Shown one piece after another: positions 51,393 through 63,676 of a DNA stretch of 64,000 nucleotides (the stretch's first letter is position 1; every line of letters begins with the position of its first letter). The stretch comes from Squalus acanthias. Its lineage: Eukaryota. Under the pieces are notes generated by a model, which was not told the origin of the DNA, made no database searches, and saw nothing but the letters and a program-made list of their open reading frames with translations. Position numbers and translations under genes: made by a program. The stretch is from NCBI GenBank assembly GCA_030390025.1, contig CM059446.1:12710001-12774000 (forward strand), read 5' to 3'.

Positions 51393-53472
51393 ATGTCCTT
51401 GGCAGTATAAATCTACAGGGAGAGTGGGCTCTGAGAAAAGGGGCAATAGAAGCGTTCATTTAGCACATCAGTTCTTTGTAAGTAGGTGCAGAAAGACTAG
51501 GTATGCAACACTTCCATAACATAGTGCACGGCAAGCCCTCTGTACATGTGGTTGTGCAGCACCGCAGTGGCCTGCTGCACTAAACCTTTTGGGGGAGGAC
51601 ACTCATCCCTGCTTTCTTTTTGAGATGAGATCTTAGTATGCTGGTGGCTAGATCACAGGATTACACTTTCAGCTCAGCATTTTTCCAGGGTATGCAACAG
51701 AGCAGCCAATTCTCTTAGTCAGCTGTTAGTTCATCTTTGCGAGTGGACCATCCACTCAGAGATAGTTGAATACGTTTTCAGTAGTTAGAGGCATCCAGAG
51801 ATAGACTTGTTTGCCTTTCTGGACAATCAACAGCTCTTAGATTTCTGCTGAAAATTGTGCATAATTATCCATTTGGCTACCGCTTAGTCATGCACTATAC
51901 TGTTATACTAGAGGGAAGATATCCAAGTATCCAGGAGGGAAGGGGCTCCTGCATTGGAGCTACAACACCAACAATGAAACATGGGTGTGTTAAAGGTTAT
52001 TCTGTGCTTACTAGGCATTAGGTTCCAGTTTATATAACATGTAAAGCTGCTACATGGAGCAGTTCTCAAACACTTACTGTCTCGACTTAACTGCAGCACA
52101 TGACTACACCTTTGGCAGATCGATCCTGACATCTGGTGTTCTAGCTGCTCTGCAGGAGTCTCCCCTTCCTAAACCTACACCACTTGCATATGCTCCCACG
52201 ATGTGTGGAGAATGTAGAACGACTATGACAGATATCTTGCCTGCCTTGAAAGGTTGTCTTCATTCTTTGAATGTGTTATGCACACACCACAATCCCACCC
52301 TGCAAAGGTGCAACATTGGTGCAGTTGTTAGTTTCAGTTTTGCTTCAGGTCAAAGTAAATAGGCACAGTAATGCTGGTCCTGTGGCTTCATTCAGTGCAA
52401 GAGGAGGCAACACCACCTATCTGCTCAGTGCATGGTTTCCCCAGAAACTATCAAGCTAGGCTATACTTTTGTAGTGTGTGGAGAATACAAATCATTTGTA
52501 AACTCCATAAGACCCCCCCCCCCCCCTTGGTGGATACTCCATTTTATTATATTGAAAGCATAGTTGCACAACACCATAATATATTGAATAGACATACAGA
52601 CTTTGCACCCATCCACATGTACAGACTGATTACATAGAATTACATAGTATTAAAATGTCCAAAGTAAAAATGAGTTCCTCATCAAAAACAAATATCTCAC
52701 GAAACTAATTGTAATTCTGATAACTGCCATCTGGAGCAAAAACATACTGCACAGTGGAATTTGAATTTTGTACTTGAATGACATTGTTTAAAAATACCAT
52801 CACCACCACTTATTCCGCCCACACTATGGCGGGCAACCGTCTATCACGGACAATTAACGATAACCATTTTGAATCGCCATAAAAATCAATTAGAAAGGCG
52901 CCGCTTACAATGTATTAAGTGCAATGGCTATTTTGGGCCGACTCGGCTGTTCAATAAACGCTTTGCAGCTCGTTAAAGTGCGATTACCTTAATCCTCTGT
53001 ACTTACAGTTTTAAAACCTCTGCAATCAAACGTTTTGTTCTTCTGGTTCTGAGTCTGTATATACATTTTATACTTGTATTTAGATATGAGCTTTCAAACT
53101 GCTTTGGAGAGGTATCGCAAACCTAAAAATAGATATTTAACGTCTTAAACGCAGCGCTCTTATAATAAGATCATTGCGGTGCCATTTCCTTCCAAACAAA
53201 CTTTTTTGTTGCATCTAGCCACTATTCATAGAAACCTGATAAAAATTGCTGCTCGGGTACTTTATTCTGGCATATGTATCTCCTTCTGTATTTAGTTTTT
53301 GAAATACCAGTGCTATTGTCCGACCACTTTTAGCTGGCAAATCGCGTTAACACCAACGTGTCCACTAAAAGCAATGGGGAGCTGTGCCAAAAATTCATCG
53401 TAAACTTTTCAATCCCAATTAAACTGTAACGTTTTACATTCACAGGTGTGTTGTTACCATTTGGTAGACCAT

Positions 53473-54168
53473 GGGCTGGATTTTCATTGACCCGTGGAGG
53501 CGGGTTTGGAGGCGTATGGGGGGTTAAAATTGCGAAAACTGGCGGGTGGGCACAAGTCTGCCTCCATCCCGCCTCCACGCAATTTTCATGAAATCGTGTC
53601 TGCTGGTCCCGACTCCGTCCCGCCTTTAAGAGGCGGGATAGGCTGTTAAGGCCCTTAACAAGCACTAAATTGGCTCTATAATGCCATTTTGAAAGGCCTT
53701 TGTGATTTTAACCCTTGTTCTACGTGAAGCACGCTTGTTCTAAACCACGATTGTGAAACCTGGCGGTAACACATTTCGAAAGCTGACTATCAGCTGCAGG
53801 TCCACTATTACAACGGAGAAGTAGTAGTAGTAGGAAAAATATCAGGGAGCAGACGGATGCTGCTGCTCATTTTGCCTTCAGGTCTTCTCACAGCAAAGGC
53901 CTGTCTCTCTGTGTCTCTCTGTCTCCAGACTTTTGTATCCAGGTCCTCTCACAGCAAAGGCCAGGCAGTCTCTGAAGACCTTCAATGCAGCAGCAATGAT
54001 GACATCATCAGAGGCGACATTCAGACTAAAAACTCTAATTGGTTCATGGGTTCCCACATGCTGGAACTCAATTGCCCAATTAGGTGAAAATTGCATCAAT
54101 CTCCCACATCCAATTGCAGTCGGGTGGATGCCACGACCCCAACCCGCCCCAGTATTAAAATCCAGCCC
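53473..54168 (-). mobile_element. MITE of about 695 bp with GGGCTGGATTTT TIRs and CAT TSD
   Basis: cat|gggctggatttt ... aaaatccagccc|cat; inverted relative to 14658-15351. Confidence 0.88.
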
Positions 54169-54407
54169 CATGTGTCCATAGCAATACGTTTTGTAAGTTT
54201 GCTGAAGAAAAGAGCACCTTCTCTTTTGAAATATATAAATATTCCATTACACTTAGTTTTTTAATCTAGTTGCAGATACAACTGATGTTGTCTCCTTAAC
54301 TGTTGAGGCAATATTTTGGCACATAAGCTATTATATTAAAAGCAGGTCCTAGTTGAATAGTATTGTGGATAATTGAAACTGTGTACTCATTTTTTCCCTC
54401 TTTGAAG

Positions 54408-55436
54408 GTGGTTCCTCAGAGTTCTTCCTGGAGTGGACAGAATATACTTGAAACACTAAAGGAGTCTGAGAAATCTGGTAACTGTAGGGTTCACGAGTCG
54501 GAAGTACAGGTTCCCAATACTCGAAACTTGAAACACAACAGCTCAACACAGACGGACATTTTTAGTACAGACTCGAGTATACTTGACAGCAAAAATGATA
54601 GAGTCGATCACAAAGATGGCTCTTATTGTGAACTCAAACAATTTTCAAGCCGTTCTTTGCAGCCTAATACACATAGGACAGCTGAACTTACTTGCCACAA
54701 TTATTCAGACCATAAAACTGGTCCCTTCAGCCCAGAGATATTTTCTGATAGAGGTTATGGGATTGCCGAACACGATAAAAGACGCTTCACCTTTGACCCA
54801 ACAGTTGCGGATTGTGTGATGGTCGAGAATGATGTTGAAAAAGGGCATAGTTCGAAACACAACGGTGGCACCTGGCCAAAAATGATGGTGGATGTTTCAC
54901 CTTCTGAACCTGGGAAACTCTCCATATTCAAACTGCCAAAACAGAGGAAGCCCATCTTTGATCCAGATACCTTCAAAAGGCCACAGACTCCTCCAAAGAT
55001 GGATTATCTCTCCCCAACACAAAAACAGACACATTCTTCACAGTCCTCAAAGGCTGAATCTGGTTCGACGCCTCCCACACCTCCTAAGAGGAGTGATTCA
55101 TTCAAATTTAAACACAAACAACAAACTAGCTCTGCTTCAGACTCTACGATAACCACTGGGTCACCTCCGACCAGCCCCGCAGGGCCCCAATCCCCTATTA
55201 CCCTTGGAGTAAAACAGGAGACTACACATGAAGCTCATGATAGAAATGCTGGCCACTATCAGCCTACTCAGTACTTAGAGGGGAGTGCTTTAATGTCTTC
55301 GAGGACTTCCTCCGAGGAGGAAGGTAACCAGCGAGTTGAGGAAGTCGAGCCTGTGAACAGACGTCGACCGAAATCTGCTCCTGCTTTAAGACCCAGCAAA
55401 CTTGCTCCCTTGACCATCTCTGGACTGTCCCCTCAG
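54408..55436 (+). CDS. DLG5: DLG5 large linker exon (343 aa), VVPQSSSWSGQN...GGTWPK...RPKSAPAL...LSPQ
   Basis: tttgaag|gtg ... cag|gtacgt; 1029 nt, phase 0-0; PQSSSWSGQN, GGTWPK, FKRPQTPPK and RRRPKSAP motifs as in human DLG5. Confidence 0.95.
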
Positions 55437-57344
55437 GTACGTGATGGGATTGATCTGTAAATGACAGAAATTTATGTCTTTTTTAAGACCATCGTGAACG
55501 GTAGTAATTTTGTAGACATGGAAAGGGTTACAAACTTGATTTTCACGGTCATCACTTTAAGGCTACTGCTCAGGTAATTCCTCTGGAAAGATATTGATAT
55601 AGACACGTCCTGAGGTAAGTTCAAGACTAATTGTTGTGTGGTGAGGGGTGGGGGGGAGTGGCGTTTCTATAGATTGGCAGCTGCTTGTAAATCTCAAACT
55701 CCTGCCCTTTGAGAGAAGCCTGATCATCAAGATCCGAAAAACCAGCAGGAAATGACTGGTTTATAAAAAATAATTTTTTGACGGACATGCACGTACACAC
55801 AACTTTTCAACTTTTTTATTTATATAGTTGACATTCAACAGGTGAGTTGACGGTCAGACTCCTCTAAATTGTTTACCACCTCCACTACAATTAAAACAAA
55901 GACTCCTCCTTGACCAGGTGAGGGACTGTAAGCAGCTCTCGGGAGTCTGTTTGCATGCTGGGTGTCAAGCCTCCCTATAAAAGCCATGTCCAACCTACCA
56001 CTGACAGACCGTGTTCAATTTCCTTATAAGGGTGGTCAGAAGGGTGGAACTTTTATGTGTGTGAAGAACTTACCGAATAATGAAAGGTATTGCGATAGTT
56101 GCCCTTTATCCTTCAAACTGGGTTCCATACAGTTGATTTACTTTATTATTATTATTAGGGGGAGGAGAATTAACAAGGAAACTGGTTAAGTAATCCTAAT
56201 TAATTAATAAATGTGACGAATAACAGTTTACAGGAGGAATGAAACTTAGAATCATATGTAAAAAAACGAAAGAATAGAGATCCCCTGTCCAGGGCTTTTT
56301 GGCCGACTGATTCCAGAACAAAGTGTTGGGCAAACCTATTAATGGAGGACCACGTGGCTGTCCTGCAGATTCTGTTAGGCAGCAATATGAGAGCATTTGC
56401 AATCCACAGGGCAGTTCCTGTAGTGGAGTGACTCTTGATATATGGAGTTAGATCACAGATCAGCCATAACCTCATTGAATGGCAAAACAGGCGCGAGAGG
56501 CTAAATGGCCTACTTTTGTTCCTATTAGGATAAGGCATTGGTGACAATCATTGATGAGGGATAATACATTCTATTATCTATCTGGGCAACTCTTGAATTG
56601 ACTTCCCCAAAGAGGGTCAATTGATATAATTGGCTTCGTTAGGTCAGTGTAGATGCAGAAACATCTGGAGGACATGGAGATAGAAATTTGTGTTGCTGTT
56701 CAGACATCTGAAGTCATCAAAAGGACTGCAGGCAATGTCAGACTGATGGTATGTGACAAACACGAGAACAGGCCTCAGCAACAGTGCACGGTTAGGTAGT
56801 GTGGAACTAAGGTAGCCAGTAGGAGTGGAACCATTCAGGGGATAGAACATTACATCTTTTTGATCACCATAAATGCAGTATTACCTAGACAGTTTTGAAT
56901 TTTTTTAAGGACTGTTGCAAGAGAACATTAGAAGATAGAAATGCATACAGATGTGCCAATCTATTGGACCAGGCTGCACAATAATTTGTCTTTCTTGCCA
57001 AATTTCTCCCCTACCCCTTTTCCTTAAGGCGCTGATTCCTTGCTGGGGTACAGTTCCACAGGTATAATTTATCCATGGTACTACTTCACGTGGCCGTTAT
57101 TCATGTGTGAACCTGGGTAATGAGTTTTGGCATGTTATTTAACCATGGGAGCCATCAGAGCAAAACGTCATCCTGTCCAGCATGAAAAATATGCACCTGG
57201 AATTTCCATAGGTGTTCCCTGGCGGGAACTCAACAGACAAACTGGAGAAACGGAGTGAGCAACTAAAAATCGATCTCCCACTGAAATTGTGGTAGGAGTT
57301 TGGGAGTCCCCACAGGACTTCAGGGGAGCATCCCTGATTATAAT

Positions 57345-57603
57345 CGCTCAACCATTGGCAGCTGTGCCTTCAGCTGCCAAGGCCCTAAGCTCTGGAATTC
57401 CCTGCCTAAACCTCTCTACCTCTCTTTCCTCCTTTAAGACACTCCTTAAAACCTACCTCTTTGACCAAGCTTTTTGGTCGTCTGCCCTCATTTCTCCTTG
57501 CGTGGCTCGGTTTCAAATTTTTTGCCTGATAACACTCCTGTGAAGCGCCTTGGGACGTTTTACTATGTTAAAGGTGCTATATAAATACAAGTTGTTGTTG
57601 TTG
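57345..57603 (+). mobile_element. L2 LINE 3' end with (gtt)n tail
   Basis: gccttcagctgccaaggccctaagctctggaattccct...tttaagacactccttaaaacc; tail ggtgctatataaatacaagttgttgttg. Confidence 0.88.
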
Positions 57604-59367
57604 AACACACAAGTTTTGCTGTCTATGCAGAAGTGTGAAATGAACCACATGCATTGTGAGCAATGATGTTTCACGATGCAGGATTAAATCCGTTGAAGTC
57701 GAATTGTCCTGTTTATCTCACGGTCTGGCATCAAGGGTATGAACACCATGCTATTATTTGCGGTGTGATCAAGTATTTAAAGATTTAACATTTGCGGAAA
57801 AAGGAAAATGACAGTGCCGAGAATTTAGTAAATGTATTCGTGCACGAGTGAACATCTCAATCTGAAAGTACTCAAAATGTAATCCATTCCTGTCCAGTCA
57901 TCCACGAAGCAATTTCTGCAGCCAGAATTGTGTGCTACAAACAGGTAGTGATAAACCAGGCACCGACGCAAATGCAATGTCCTTCTTTGTTGGAGGTTAA
58001 TAAATACAATGACCGACTGGAATAGCAATCTCATCTCACAGGAAAAGGCAGCTCCAACTCAAGTGCCTACCTTCTGAGACCGTTATCTACTCTCGCCTAT
58101 GCAAGCGATGATTTAAAGCAGATCTTGTTGATGTGTAATTAATAATTAAAGCACAGAGTTGAATTTTTTTTTTGGAGCGAGGTCTCGTGAAGAGGCTTCT
58201 TTTAGTCAGACATAGACTTCTGGGGACTGTAGAAATTAAGCACAGCTCGAGGAGCTGAGTTGAGCACATCTTCAGAGCCATCATTACATGCAGCTCAAGC
58301 GCTTGAGCAAAACAGTTAACACCTGTACTGTGTTTGAGTTTGGTTCCTTCACATTGTTGGACTTAGTACATTTATGCAGCTAGTTTGCCCGATGATATCA
58401 GCAGTACTTGATATAAAAGATTGCTTAAAATTGAACAGAAATAGGGAAGCAGTAACAGGTGGATTTTTAAGTTAGTCACTCATTACTCCTTTTTCACCCA
58501 TTTGATTTTTAGAAGGGGTACTGTTGGAGAGACTTCTTTAACACAAGTCTGCAGCCTAAACCAATAATGGCAAATAATAATAAATTCTGACATTGATTTT
58601 TTTTTTAATTGAATTTATAATTATGAATAATTGCAGAATTGTGTTTGGTGCAATGAAAATCAAGTCACTATTGCAATGGAATGGGAGTTATTGAAGAGTA
58701 GGGACAAATTCCTTGATGGTTGTACAACATGTTGATAGGGCCAGTATTACCAGCAAGGGCAACTTAATAGTACTGCTACATCTAGTAAGGTTTGTATTAA
58801 AATAAAGTTATATTATTCTTGATTGTAGCTGGTTGCATTGACTTGGAAAAGTGCAGTTTGGGAAGCAGCAAGAGTTGCAGGTGGAAAACTCCTCGAGAAG
58901 CAGACCGGCAAGAATTCCCTGAAAAGGGCAGTTTATAAACTAAACTAAGAGAAGGATGCGTGTAACAAGGATATCATGGAAATGATGAGAGAGATGGTGG
59001 GGTGGGGAATGTAACGGTTTTCCAGTAAGCTAAGCTCCCACAGCTTTGGGAAGTTCAGGGACTTCCAAATGTAGAAAGAGGGAAATTCTGAGCAAAATCA
59101 ACCTCGACTGTGCTTGCACATTTGCTGGTTGCAGAGAAGCAATGACATAGGGCGGGAGTGGGTTCCTTTTTTAGCAGGGTAAAAATGTTGTGGCACTGAG
59201 AAACAGAGGGATAAAATAATTAAGATGCCGTACAGAAAAAGTGGTAACGAGGTGCTGGAAAAATATGAAAAAGTAAGTTGAGAAAAAAATCTGGGAAACC
59301 CTTTTTGTCTTTTCACGAAGAACTGTTGTACGACTGATGATTTGAGTGCCGCTATTTATATTCACAG

Positions 59368-59551
59368 GAAAATGTTGACCCTCACTCACACTATGACCGT
59401 CATGCAACTCGCTCACCAATTCCCAATTACAATACAAGTGAAGAACGGCTGTCTTTGGAACTACATGAATGGCACCGGTACACACCAAAACGCTCACATA
59501 GGCACAGTGCTGGCTATGCATCAACGATGTATAATGGTCCAGCATCAGCAG
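59368..59551 (+). CDS. DLG5: DLG5 coding exon, ENVDPHSHYDRHATRSPIPNYNTSEERLSLELHEWHRYTPKRSHRHSAGYASTMYNGPASA(G)
   Basis: cacag|gaa ... g|gttggt; 184 nt, phase 0-1; LSLELHEW...SHRHS resembles human LSPELQEW...SSRHS; the acceptor is less certain than the donor. Confidence 0.75.
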
Positions 59552-60039
59552 GTTGGTTCCCAATCAGAAACCCTTGGGATCTCAGGTGCTATATTAAGAA
59601 CCATACTTACACCCCTTTGTATTTATTTCTTTTTGCCATTTTGAACCCCAGTCCTGATCCATTTCTTTCTTGAAATGTCATTAAAAATGTGTAAACAACA
59701 CTTTTGGATAGAGAATTAAAGATAGAGTTATTGTTGATCAATATTTTAAATTATTTACTTTACCAAATCTAAATTTTGTTGGCCAACCAAAGCTTCAATT
59801 AAATTAGTGGATATCTTGTTTGTACATAATTACATACAGAAGAAAAATGTTCGAGCTTCCAGTTAAGGAATGTGCATAACAAATTAAATATCACTCGATA
59901 GAATAGGTCTCTAGTATATCATGCAGACATACATGCTATGACTATAGTAGTTTATATGTAGTCGGTTGAAACTGTCAATTTCAATGCAGAGACTAAACAA
60001 AGGACTTCCAAATATTAATGTCTGAAGTTATAGACTCAA

Positions 60040-60542
60040 TACAGATGCATTTTGGAAAGAAGAATGAGGAGAGACAATGTAAACTGAATGCTACAATTTT
60101 AAAGAAGGTGCTGAAATAGAGAGACCTGGTGGGTGGTTCACCGACACAAATCTTTGAAGGTGACAGGACACGTTGATAAGGCGGTTAAAAATGCATGCGG
60201 CATCTTCAGCTTTATAAATAGAGGCATGAGAGTACAAAAGCAAAGAAGTTAAGCTAAGAGTTTATAAATCACTGGTTAGGTCTCAGCTGGAGTATTGTGT
60301 CCAATTCTGGGCACCACACTTTAGTAAGGATGTCGAGGCCTTGGCTAGCATGCAGAGGAGATTTACCAGAATGGTACCAGGGATGAGGGACTTCTGTTAG
60401 GTGGAGAGACTAGAGAAGCTGGGATTGTTCTCCTCAGAGCAGGGAAGATTAAGGAGGGATTTGATAGAGGTGTTCAAAATCATGAAGAGTTTTGATAAAG
60501 TAAATAAGGCGAAAAAACTGTTTCCACTGGCAGGAGGGTCAA
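60040..60542 (+). mobile_element. CR1 fragment
   Basis: ctggagtattgtgtccaattctgggcacc; LEKLGLFSSEQGRLRRDLIEVFKIM. Confidence 0.88.
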
Positions 60543-60764
60543 GTATTAAGTTTTCATTGGATGCCTCTCTGTACCATAGCTGCATTTTGTAAATTGACAA
60601 ATGACTTTACAGGATGCTTTAACAGAACAGTTAGCTTTTTCTGAGCAATGCGCACTTTTTCTGCTTCAATTTTGTCACCTACATTTCATTGAAGAATATA
60701 TAAATGAAGGTGTTTGTTTAGTTGATGAATTTAGTAAATTTAATTTCTACCTTTTTATACACAG

Positions 60765-60918
60765 GCAGTACACAGAGAAGCTTTGTGCCTTGTCCAGCGG
60801 TGACGGCGGTTCTGCGGAACCCAAATGTTCCTTTTTTCACTGTTCGCAGTCGCATGGTCCACAGTGCCAACTATCCTTCCATGGCTAGTCAGATGTGCTA
60901 TCCACATCCACAACATAG
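60765..60918 (+). CDS. DLG5: DLG5 coding exon, (G)STQRSFVPCPAVTAVLRNPNVPFFTVRSRMVHSANYPSMASQMCYPHPQH
   Basis: cacag|gc ... ag|gtatca; 154 nt, phase 1-2; resembles human GTVPRSLTPSTTVSSILRNPIYTVRSHRV. Confidence 0.88.
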
Positions 60919-62915
60919 GTATCAATCACCCAATAGATTTGGTTAGCAATCCATCTTCCCTGCTGTGAGCACTCTTGTGCACTTAGACAACTTTTAAAAC
61001 TAAGAGTTAGCAAAAATGTTCACTTGCAACATCTAATGTGCATATATTCTACATGCATACTTCTACACAGATTAAAAAATAAAATAAAACTGTTAATGGG
61101 CCTATGCAGCAATGCAAATAGCTGAGCTAGACTAGATAAGGATAAGTGTATTTTAATACTCCTGATTATAGCACTAGATCTTAGGTTTGATTCAACGTAA
61201 GTGGCTTAAAACAGGTATTTTAAAACCATTATTATGTTCTAATAATATACAATTGAGAAATTTATTACACAAACTTGTGCATGGAGTCAGAAGAGATAGG
61301 AGAGGTGATGAATGAATACTTTTCGTCAGTGTTCACCGAGGAGAGGGGCCATCTTCTTGAGGATGAGAGTGTGATAAAGGTGGATAGGCTGGAGGTGGTA
61401 GATGTTCTGAGGGAAGATGTTTTAGCAATTTTGAAGAACCTGAGGGTCGATAAGTCCCCTGGGCCAGATGGGATATATCCTAGGATTCTTTGGGAGGCAA
61501 GGGAGGAGATTGCAGAGCCTCTGGCTTTGATCTTTGGGTCCTCACTGTCCACGGGGATGGTGCCAGAGGACTGGAGAGTGGCGAATGTTGTTCCTCTCTT
61601 CAAGAAAGGAAATAGGAATGACCCTGGTAATTATAGGCCGGTTAGTCTTACTTCGGTGGTTGGTAAGATAATGGAAAAGGTCCTGAGGGATAGGATTTAT
61701 GACCATTTGGAAAGGGGTAACTTAATCAGGGATAGTCAACACGGATTCGTGAAGGGTAAGTCTTGCCTAACAAATTTGATTGAATTCTTTGAGGAGGTAA
61801 CTAAGTGTGTAGATGAAGGTAGAGCAGTTGATGTCGTATACATGGATTTTAGTAAGGCGTTTGATAAGGTTCCCCATGGTCGTCTCATGAAGAAAGTAAG
61901 GAGTTGTGGGATAGAGGGAAATTTGGCCGATTGGATAAGTAACTGGCTATCTCATAGAAGGCAGAGGGTGGTGGTGGATGGAACATTTTCGGACTGGAGA
62001 CCAGTTACCAGCGGTGTGCCACAGGGGTCGGTGCTGGGTCCTCTGCTGTTTGTGATTTTTATCAATGACTTGGAGGAGGGGACTGAAGGGTGGATCAGTA
62101 AATTTGCTGATGACACCAAGATTGGTGGAGTAGTGGATGAGGTGGAGGGCAGTTGTAGGCTGCAAAGAGACATTGATAGGATGCAGAGCTGGGCCGAAAA
62201 ATGGCAGATGGAATTTAACCCTGATAAGTGCGAGGTGATTCATTTTGGTAGGGCAAATGTGAATAAGGATTACAGGGTCAACGGCAGGGTTCTGAGGAAC
62301 GTGGAGGAGCAGAGGGATCTGGGGGTTCATATCCACAGATCTCTGAAGGTTGCCACTCAAGTGGATAGAGCAGTAAAGAAGGCCTATGGTGTGTTGGCGT
62401 TTATTAACAGAGGGTTTGAGTTTAAGAACCGTGAGGTTATGCTGCAACTGTACAGGACCTTGGTGAGACCACATTTGGAATATTGTGTGCAGTTCTGGTC
62501 ACCTCACTATAGGAAGGACGTGGAAGCATTGGAAAGAGTGCAAAGGAGATTTACCAGGATGCTGCCTGGTTTGGGGGGGAGGTCTTATGAGGAAAGATTG
62601 AGGGAGTTGGGGCTTTTCTCTTTAGAGCGGAGGAGGATGAGAGGCGACTTAATAGAGGTTTATAAGATGATGAGGGGGATAGATAGAGTGGATGTTCAGA
62701 GACTATTTCCTCGGGTAGAGGCAGCTGTTACAAGGGGGCATAGCTATAAGGTGCATGGGGGGAGATATAGAAGGGATGTCCGAGGTAGATTCTTTACTCA
62801 GAGAGTGGTTGGGGTGTGGAATGGACTGCCTGCTGTGATAGTGGAGTCGGAAATAACAACAGAAAACGCTGGAAAAACTCAGCAGGCCAGGCAGCATCCG
62901 TGGAGAGAGAAAGAG

Positions 62916-62952
62916 AGTTGACGTTTCAGGTCGATGACCTTTCATCAGAACT
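62916..62952 (-). ncRNA. Minimal hammerhead motif (mirror copy in the left arm)
   Basis: Exact reverse complement of 63640-63676. Confidence 0.72.
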
Positions 62953-63229
62953 GGGAAGAGCTGGAAATCAAATAGATTTAAGGCCAGGGTAAAGCTGGGA
63001 AAAGGGGGAGGGGATAAAGGAACAAAGGAGGAGATGAAGAGACATTAAGAGACATTAAGAGATATGCAAGGCTAGAGGTGGTGTTAATGTGACAGATTAA
63101 GGCTGAATGAAGTGTGAAATCCACTGGCAGAATGAAGGACAGCTGCCAGCTTCTAGGAGGAAAAAAAAAGGTGGGGGGGACAAATAAAAGGGTGGATAAA
63201 ATAAAATATAAATGTGATTGGAGCTGAGG

Positions 63230-63310
63230 TTATGATCTAAAATTGTTGAACTCGATATTGAGTCCAGAGGGCTGTAGCGTGCCTAAACGAAAGATGAGGT
63301 GCTGTTCCTC
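63230..63310 (-). pseudogene. Remnant of a Penelope-type GIY-YIG endonuclease C-terminus, EEQHLIFRLGTLQPSGLNIEFNNFRS*
   Basis: Hand translation; fits the recalled PLE ORF-end motif E..I..L.T..P.GLN; mirrored on + at 63312-63371. Confidence 0.78.
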
Positions 63311-63639
63311 TCGTTTAGGCACGCTACAGCCCTCTGGACTCAATATCGAGTTCAACAATTTTAGATCATAACCTCAGCTCCAATCACATTTATATTTTAT
63401 TTTATCCACCCTTTTATTTGTCCCCCCCACCTTTTTTTTTTCCTCCTAGAAGCTGGCAGCTGTCCTTCATTCTGCCAGTGGATTTCACACTTCATTCAGC
63501 CTTAATCTGTCACATTAACACCACCTCTAGCCTTGCATGTCTCTTAATGTCTCTTCATCTCCTCCTTTGTTCCTTTATCCCCTCCCCCTTTTCCCAGCTT
63601 TACCCTGGCCTTAAATCTATTTGATTTCCAGCTCTTCCC

Positions 63640-63676
63640 AGTTCTGATGAAAGGTCATCGACCTGAAACGTCAACT
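63640..63676 (+). ncRNA. Minimal type I hammerhead ribozyme motif
   Basis: AGUU CUGAUGA A AGGUC AUC GACCU GAAAC GUC AACU: stem I AGUU/AACU, intact core, 5-bp stem II, loopless palindromic ACGU stem III, GUC triplet. Confidence 0.75.

Noticed and set aside
61947-62474. Antisense ORFs over CR1 copies (also 61265-61603, 43305-43691, 4023-4310)
   Set aside because: These are shadows of the CR1 coding strand with no independent evidence.
61275-62921. 548-aa ORF as a host gene or novel fusion protein
   Set aside because: It is 5'-truncated CR1 ORF2 lacking the endonuclease; the last ~22 aa are read-through into the antisense Penelope-like arm.
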